Below, piece after piece: positions 55,792 to 64,000 of a stretch of DNA of 64,000 nucleotides (its first letter is position 1; each line of letters begins with the position of its first letter). Source of the DNA: Octopus vulgaris (lineage: Eukaryota); assembly GCA_951406725.2 (NCBI GenBank), contig OX597832.1, positions 18,476,001-18,540,000 on the forward strand, in the 5' to 3' direction. The notes under the pieces were generated by a model, which was not told where the DNA came from, ran no database searches, and was given only the letters and a program-made list of their open reading frames with translations. The position numbers were made by a program, and so were the translations under genes.

Positions 55792-58751
55792 CAGTAGTTT
55801 TATTTTTATAGCGTGCTTTCACTTCACTACCGAGCGCAGCTCTGTGTACCTCGGGTATGTGCTGTGATTTGTTGTGATGCTCTGATGGTTATTGTATGGA
55901 AAGTGTTCTGCGTAGGATGTGTGCAGTGCATAGTAGTGCAATTTTCTGTATGTTATATGTGTTTGTAAGTCCTGGTGTTTTTGTTATGTATTTGTCTGAA
56001 TATTTTTTTATCATGCCTAATGCACCTACTATGATAGGAATTGTTTCTGTTTTCAGATTCCACATTCTAGTTACCTCTATTTCCAGGTCTTTGTATTTTG
56101 AGAGTTTCTCCATTTCTTTTAGAGACACGTTGTCATCTGCCGGTATTGATTCATCAATTAGAAAGCATTTTTTTCTTCATGATCTCTGACAACTATATCT
56201 GGTCTGTTGGCCTTAATTTCTCTATCTGTGTGTATCGGCATATCCCAGAGTGTGGTTGCTTTCTCGTTTTCTGTGACCTTTTCTGGTGTGTGCCTATACC
56301 ATCTTTTTTCTGTTGTTATTCCATAATGTTGGCATAGCTTCCAATGTATGTAGGTTCCAACTCTGTCATGTCTGTGAATATATTCCTTCTTAGCCAGGAC
56401 TGGGCAGCTAGAGATAATATGATTTATTGTTTCTTGTCCATCTTCACATATTCTGCAGTTACTTGTAATATTTCTTTTCATTACATGTTTTGGTAATTTC
56501 TGGTGGGGAGGCTTTGGTCTTGTGCTGCAATTAAAAATCCCTCTGTTTCTGCTTTGAGACCTGAGCTTCTCAACCATTGCTGGGATTTTTCTTTGTCTAT
56601 TTCTTTTGCGTTTAGTTTAGCCCAGTATTTACCATGAAGGGGCTTTTCTTGCCTTCGTTTTATCATGGTTCGTTGCTGTTCTATTTTTAGTTTGGATTTC
56701 ATTTGTTTCATAGCTTTTGTTGTTTCTTCATTATCTTCTTCTTCTTCTTCTTCTTCTTCTTCTTCTTCTTCTTCTTCTTCTTCTTCTTCTTCTTCTTCTT
56801 CTTCTTCTTCTTCTTCTTCTTCTTCTTCTTCTTCTTCTTCTTCATGTTTATTAGGTAGTATGATTTCTTGTTTGTATTTGTCAGCTTCCTTAAATACTGA
56901 GAACAGTTTTTTGTTTTACTCGTGTTTTGCCGCTATCTGGATCAGTTTTCCTTCCTTCTGAAGGAGATATTTTTGCAGTCCTATGGTGGTTATTTTATAG
57001 TAGTTTTCCAGCTGTATAAGGCCTCTACCACCTTCTATACGTTGTATATATAGTCTTTCTATGTCAGATTTTGGGTGATGCATCCTAGATCCTGTCATTA
57101 TTTTTCTTGCTTTCCTATCTATTTTGGTCAGTTCATTTCGTGTCCAGTTAAGGATATTGTAGCTGTAACTTATAACTGGGATAGCTAAAGTGTTGATACC
57201 TATTATCTTGTTTTTACATTGAGCTCTGTTTTTAGTATTGATCTAACTCGTCTATAATATTCTTTTTTTATTTTCTCTTTCATTTGTGTGTGTTGTGTCT
57301 TATCTAGTTCATGGATTCCTAAGTATTTGTAAGTTTGGCTTTGGTCTAATTCTTTTATTTCATTGGTTTTATCTAGTGTGATGTTGTTACTCTTAACTTG
57401 TTTTCCTCTTTTCATGGTTACTTTGGCGCATTTTTCTAATCCAAATTTCATATCTATTTCTTTGGTAAATCCATGAACTGTCTTTAATAGTGTTTACAGC
57501 TGTTTGTCATTTGCAGCGTATAGTTTTAGGTCATCCATATATAAAAGGTGGCTGATCGTTTTGCCGTAACATTTATATCCGCATCCAGTTCTATTTAGTA
57601 TATCAGATAGAGGTGACAGTGCCAAGCAGAAAAGGAGTGGAGAGAGCATGTCTCCCTGGAATATTCCTCTTCTAATGGGGATGTCTTTGGTTTTCATGAG
57701 ACCCTCTTTTGTTTGGAGGTGTAGGACTGTTTGCCATTTATTCATAGAGTGCTCTATGAATTTTATGATTGTTGGTGCTACTTTGTTAATAGCTAGTGTT
57801 TCGAGGATCCATGTGTGGGGATGCTATCAAACGCCTTTTTGTAGTCAATCCAGGCCATACTGAGGCCTTTCTTCTTTCTGTGGCTGTCTTCAGTTATGGC
57901 TTTATTAATCATTAGTTGATCTTTACAGCCATATGAGCCTTTGCGGCATCCTTTCTGCTCTTCTGGGAACAGTTTGTTTTCGTCCAGGTGCTTGTTCAGC
58001 CTTTGCGATATCACTGCAGTAAATGCCTTGAACATAGTAGGAGGCAGGTTATTGGTCTGTAGTTTTCTGGTTTTGCTGTTTCATTTGATTTGGGATTTAA
58101 GATGGTTTTCCCCTTTGTGAGCCATTCGGGCATTGTCTCTGGCTCTGCTAGTATGTTGTTAAAGTTTTCAGCCAGCTTTTTGTGCATTCCTGTTAGATAT
58201 TTCAACCAGAAGTTGGGGATCTTGTCATGCCCAGGTGCCTTCCAGTTGCTTAGTCTTTTCAGTGCCTGGGTGACCTCTTCAGTTGTTATGGGGATCCAAA
58301 TTTGTTCAGATGCCGAGTTTGTTATTTTGATACTCCTTTTTTTGGTGGTTCGTTCGCCGACCATATTTCTCTCCAGAATTCTTCCAATTCTTCTGCCGTT
58401 GGTGCTGCAGTGACTTCTATTTTATTTTTGCCCAGTTCTTGGTAGAACTTTTGGGGTTGGAGTTGAACTTTTTGTTTTTGTTCAAAGAAGCGTTGGCGTT
58501 TCTCGTACCGGCGGATCCTTTGTGCTTTGGCAAGGATATCTTGCTTCAGCTTTTCTTTTATCTCAGGCAAATCTTTCTCTGTGATGTTATATTTGCGGAG
58601 TATTTTTGTTTTCTTTTTGTTGCTCAGTAGCGTTGATTGTTTGCTGATTTCATTAAGAATCGACAGGTCTTTTCTAATTTTTTTAAATTTTGCTTTGGAT
58701 GTTATTTATCCACAGGGTTTGTTTGGGTGGTGGTACTCCTGTTTGGGCGGG

Positions 58752-58753
<2 letters not shown>
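55792..58753 (-). mobile_element. R4/Dong-clade non-LTR retrotransposon (RT + CCHC + restriction-like endonuclease), 5'-truncated and inactivated
   Basis: Motifs in order: WKAPGHDKI, ENYRPITCL, EEQKGCRKGSYGCKDQL, AWIDYKKAFDS, RRGIFQGDMLSPLLF, HLLYMDDLKLY, FGLEKCA, YKYLGI, RLYIQRIEGGRGL, CRIC..ETINHIISSC..RHD, RPDIVV, EKLSKYKDL. About 95-bp 3' UTR. (TAA)n on both sides. Confidence 0.95.
55889..58753 (-). pseudogene. Reverse transcriptase/RLE ORF of the Dong-like element, broken by frameshifts and stops
   Basis: About 9 ORF fragments from 58570 to 55889 tile one polyprotein. In-frame TAA at 57494 and 56916. Confidence 0.92.
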
Positions 58754-59240
<487 letters not shown>

Positions 59241-61539
59241 GGGTTCACTCAGTAGAAGAAAATTAATATACTGTAAGCGATGACGTTGACCAGAGCCTCG
59301 CCACGAAAATGGGGTTTTTGACGGGACCAGAACACAATTTAATGAGGTCAGTAGTTTAAAATGAAAGCGAATAAAATAACATTTATTTTATTGCCAAATT
59401 ATTTTTGAGTTAGCGGTAATTTCGTTGGTTATTTAGTTATGATATATTCGTGTAAAATGTATATCCTTTTAAAAAGTATATCCTTATAAAAAGTATATCC
59501 TTAACTTATTGATAGCTGTAAAACAATGGTTGATCGCTGAGTTTCTAACATTACTGAATCGTTTTGGATCAATAACGGATATAACAAAAGAATAAACACA
59601 AGCAAAATAATAACAACAACTACTGAAACAATAATAATAATTTGTCGTACCATAGGTACATGGCATGAAATTTGAGATAATGGTACTTTATTTTAGCCAC
59701 CCCGAAATAATAATGGTAAAGTCGACTGTGGTGAAATTTATACTCAGAGCGTAAGTATTGATAAAATGTCGCTATGCTCTTCGTCCGAAGCGCTAATTAT
59801 AAATAATTTTATCGCAGTGAAAAAAAGAAGACGACGCTGCCTCATAATGTTTCGAAGTTTTACCAGTAAGTTCAAGTAATGTATGAGTCCTTACAGTGTG
59901 TTTTATTCTGTAGTAATGTCTAGCTTATGCGTCCCGTGCTGTTACTTGTGTTTCCTTTATTCTCTATGTTTTTCTTGGTTGTTAACCAAGCAATAAGACC
60001 AACGTTTTATAATTGTATAATGAAAGGAGATACCCATGATAATCTTCATAGTCCCCGAGATTTCCTTCCTTGCTAAAAGCGAATGTGTTTCATTAATATT
60101 CCAAAACAGTTTTATCTGAGGCCGTACGACACTATTAGCCGCACATGTGATATTTTGACACCTTTAGACAATCAATGCTGCACGACATGTCACCACATAA
60201 TATGACAGTATAAAATGTCAGTAACATATGCATCGTGTCAAACAACAGTCGCACGTTTTGTCAACTGAAACAAAGATTTAGCGTAATCTAACCTGAAATA
60301 TGATATACCTTTCTCGACTTAATATGTTATGTATAATATCATACGATTGTTTTTATATATTTTATTGTTTTCTGAATATTTCCGACCACTTGATACGGGA
60401 AGACGTATGGATTTATTATTATCTTATGAGCAAAGAACGTAACAAATACATGACTATAGTGTTTCGCTGGTAATTAATATAACACCTCTCTCTATATGAA
60501 AGTAGAATCTAGAATTCAAATGATATTCCACAAGCTAACACCAAGCTGTTTTTTTTTTTGTTTTGGAAATAACTAACATGTTATTATTTATTTAAATCAT
60601 GCACATAGTGCTGCTAAAACTCTTGCAAGTCGCCATTCCATAAGAGAATCGGTTCTCCAAACGGGTCAAATTATAAAACATGAAGATGAATCGAGCTTAT
60701 TCTATGATAGATATCGATGAATAATTTTCTGGATACATAAGCTGAGATATGACGTTATATTTCGCTTTTGGATTTGGTTTATATTTCACTTTTGGATTTG
60801 ATTTATGTGACTTCGTGTATTGAAGCATATTCTGTTGTGTCTGGGGAGAGTAATTTTCTTTTTTTGCCTTATAATTTAACACACTCACCGGTAAAATTTC
60901 CACTTATGTCTTATGACGATATATTCTTCCATCAAAAATCAGTTTTGAAATTTAGGGAGTTTAAACAACCAATGCTATGTCTCAGAGACCATGGTTATTC
61001 AATTGAATAAGTTAACTTAGATAGGTTTACCCCAGTATAAGGCCCAGGCCATGTCTCATTTAATGACAACCCATGGTGGAGTCTTTTAGATCGTGTTTCA
61101 CACCTCAGTCATATATGGGGCACAATAGCCCATTCTAGTAAAAAGTTATTACTTTTGGAGACATATCCGGGTGTAGGAGGTTGATCCGGGATTTGTGGGA
61201 AAAATTTGTCCAGAAAAACGTTTGAATTATATGGGATCTGTTTCCATTTTGACGTATTATTATATAATATTAAAGAGAGGTGGACCGGTTGTGATAATTT
61301 TGTGTCGTAATGTTGTTATGTGTTTGAGTTTGATTTTTGTAGTGGGCAGATAGCACGGGGGCCAAGTCTTCCTATTGATTTTAAAATTGATGCCAACATC
61401 ATTTTGTGTAAGGCGTACAACAGTCATTTTCCAGCATAATAATTTTCTCATTGTACATTATGTCTCCGCTAAAATTAGTATTTTTATGTAGACAATATTC
61501 TATCTGTATGTCCTACATTGTCTACCGTATACATGTTGA

Positions 61540-61848
61540 TTTTTTTTGTTTGTTCCTTCTCGAGCCACGCCTGGCTCATAAGGGCCGGTTTCCTTGTTTC
61601 CTTGGCGTATACATTCCCCACCTGGACGGGACGCCGGTCCGTCGCAGGTGAGCTGCAAAATGCAGGAGGGAAGAGTATGAGAATGTTGTGACGAAAGAGT
61701 CAGCAGAAGTTCGCCATTACCTTCTGCCGGAGCCGCGTAGAGCTTAGATGTTTCGCTCAAAAATACACACATCGCCAGGTCTGAGATTCGAACCCGTGAT
61801 CCCTCGACCGCGAATCTGCTGCTATAACCACTAGGCCATGCGCCTCCA
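61540..61848 (-). mobile_element. tRNA SINE, family B, full length
   Basis: Head GTGGAGGCGCATGGCCTAGTGG, B box GGGTTCGAATC, tail ..CCGGCCCTTATGAGCCAGGCGTGGCTCGAGAAGGAACAAAC-A(n). Confidence 0.88.
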
Positions 61849-62460
61849 CTAATGTATGTATAGTTACGGCTCTTTGAATCCACTTTCGTTTTCCTTTCGT
61901 TTAAAAATTTAAGCTAATGCAGAGTAATCATATTTGTATTATATTTAAATTGCTAAATTTTCAACCCTTCTTCAGTCGACCTATACACAGACACACAGAC
62001 AAAGACACATACATACATTCAGTGTAGTCCAAAATTATAGTCCAAAACTTTTCTTAATTTATCTTTCGTTAATGGTCGTTTAAGTGTTAAACGAAACGAA
62101 ATATCATAGCATCAAAATTAGTTTTAAATAACAGATAGTAAAACATGCGATGATATCACTTCAAGCGTTATCTTCTCTGACGGAGAGTAATCACATTATA
62201 ACTAATTTATTTAACGAAAAACTTTACGCAAGACGGCAATTGTAACTGAAATGTTTTTGTTGTTGCGTGTAAGTATGAGATGGAATTTTTTATTTTTATT
62301 TTTTAGTAATATTCACACAGTAAGGAACTTTACTTCTACAATAGCAAAAATTCAAGCAAGAAAACTTTCACATTCCCACAAATGAAAAAATGTTTTTCAC
62401 ACGAAAAAAAAAGAAAAATAAGGAAAATATAGAAAATAATAAAATATAATTGAACACAAG

Positions 62461-62462
<2 letters not shown>

Positions 62463-62505
<43 letters not shown>

Positions 62506-62511
62506 ATATAC

Positions 62512-62568
<57 letters not shown>

Positions 62569-62570
62569 CA

Positions 62571-62632
<62 letters not shown>
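62463..62632. repeat. (TA)n microsatellite
   Basis: Direct inspection. Confidence 0.95.
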
Positions 62633-62635
<3 letters not shown>

Positions 62636-63287
62636 CTAAAAATGTGCATAAAGTTTAATTAACTTCAATAAATAAAGAATAAATTTAAATCATGAAAAAC
62701 AAAGAAAGAAATTGAAGAAAATTTTTTTTTTGCGCTGTTGTGAATTTCATTTTATTTCGTCTATTGTCATACGCTTTTCGTTTCTTTATTATTTCTGTAA
62801 TTTTCTTTTGCTTTTTTTTTTCACCAAGTGATAAAAACAATATGAAGACGACGTTGCCATTGAAAGGTAAAAATGACCAGCAGAGCGTTTGGTATTTTGT
62901 GAATGACACGAAGCCAACTTGAAGTCGATGAGATGAAGATAAAAGACTCATTAGATGAATGAGACAAGACGTTGCCACATCACGTCGTGGATTGAAGATG
63001 TTACAGCTGGAGTTGTGCAACTGATGCTCTACTTCCACGTATCTTTTTATCGCGGAATTTCTCATAAAACACTAGCAGCGAGGTGATTTCGTGCACACCT
63101 CTCGGAATCTGAAAAGAGTGCCTCTGCTACTGCGTTTCTGTCTGTATGCACACACCCATGCGTACACAGACAGACAGACACACACACACATATACACACA
63201 AAATACATACATAAAAATATCAACTTTTATGACCATACGCACGCATGCCCACCCATGCACAATCGCACATAATGAGACACACACGCA

Positions 63288-63362
<75 letters not shown>

Positions 63363-63456
63363 GCACACACGCAAACAAAAATGTCCATATAGATGGATAG
63401 GTGTATTCACTGTAAAAGTTTTAGTCCAATGCATTATATAGCAGAAAAAGTGGTGA

Positions 63457-63850
63457 GGCGGCGAGCTGGCAGAAACGTTAGCGCGTCGGGTGAAATGCTT
63501 AGCGGTATTTCATCTGCCGCTATGTGCTGAGTTCAAATTCTGCCGAGGTCGACTTTGCCTTTCATCCTTTCGGGGTTAATAAATTAAGTACCAGCACTGG
63601 GGTCTATATAGTCGACTTCATCCGTCCGTGTGTCCTTGTTTGTCGCTTTGTATTTAGCCCCTTGTGGGTAGTAAAGCAATAGGTATTTCGTCTGCCGTTA
63701 CGTTCTGAGTTCAAATTCCACCGAAGGCGACTTTGCCTTTGATCCTTTCGGGGTCGTTGAAATAAGTACCAATTACGCACAGGGGTCGATATAATCTGTC
63801 TGTCCTTGTTTGTTCCCTCTGTGTGTAGCTCCTTTTGGGCAGTAAATAGT
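63457..63850 (+). mobile_element. Family-N SINE tandem dimer
   Basis: A full unit from GGCGGCGAGCTGGCAG to GTAGTAAAGCAATAG is followed by a second unit from GTATTTCGTCTGCCG. Confidence 0.85.
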
Positions 63851-64000
63851 TGTAAGTTAATGAAGTTCATAATATAATCATTTATTCCTTTGTCATCACA
63901 TTTCTCTCTATCTCTCTATCCTTCTCTCTCTCACACACACAACATACAGCACGCACACAGATATATATATATGTATGTATGTACGTATGTATGCATATAT

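Overview
This is AT-rich, microsatellite-dense eukaryotic DNA. The tRNA-derived SINE families suggest a coleoid cephalopod, probably Octopus (inference from recognising the families, not a database result). I can support no intact host protein-coding gene, and nearly all ORFs in the track are microsatellite or SINE translations. Main contents: (1) about 30 SINE copies from several modular families; (2) a 5'-truncated, decayed R4/Dong-clade non-LTR retrotransposon (55792-58753, minus) that splits a (TAA)n array and carries an in-frame (GAA)36; (3) an internally deleted Chapaev3-type DNA transposon with CAC..GTG ends and a TAA TSD (48526-49611); (4) non-autonomous Helitrons, DINE/HINE-like elements and several MITEs; (5) short repeats in (TA)n arrays that carry minimal hammerhead-ribozyme-like folds of the Penelope type; (6) an ~10.9 kb near-perfect direct duplication (21304-32226 vs 32327-43250) bracketing a 100-N gap, most likely an assembly artefact. 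A weak candidate spliced or decayed gene with faint BTG/Tob resemblance lies at ~1.4-2.1 kb (minus). I found no convincing wholly new system. The best leads are the hammerhead-bearing mini-repeats, the poly-Glu Dong element, SINE module shuffling and multimers, and the Chapaev3 remnant.
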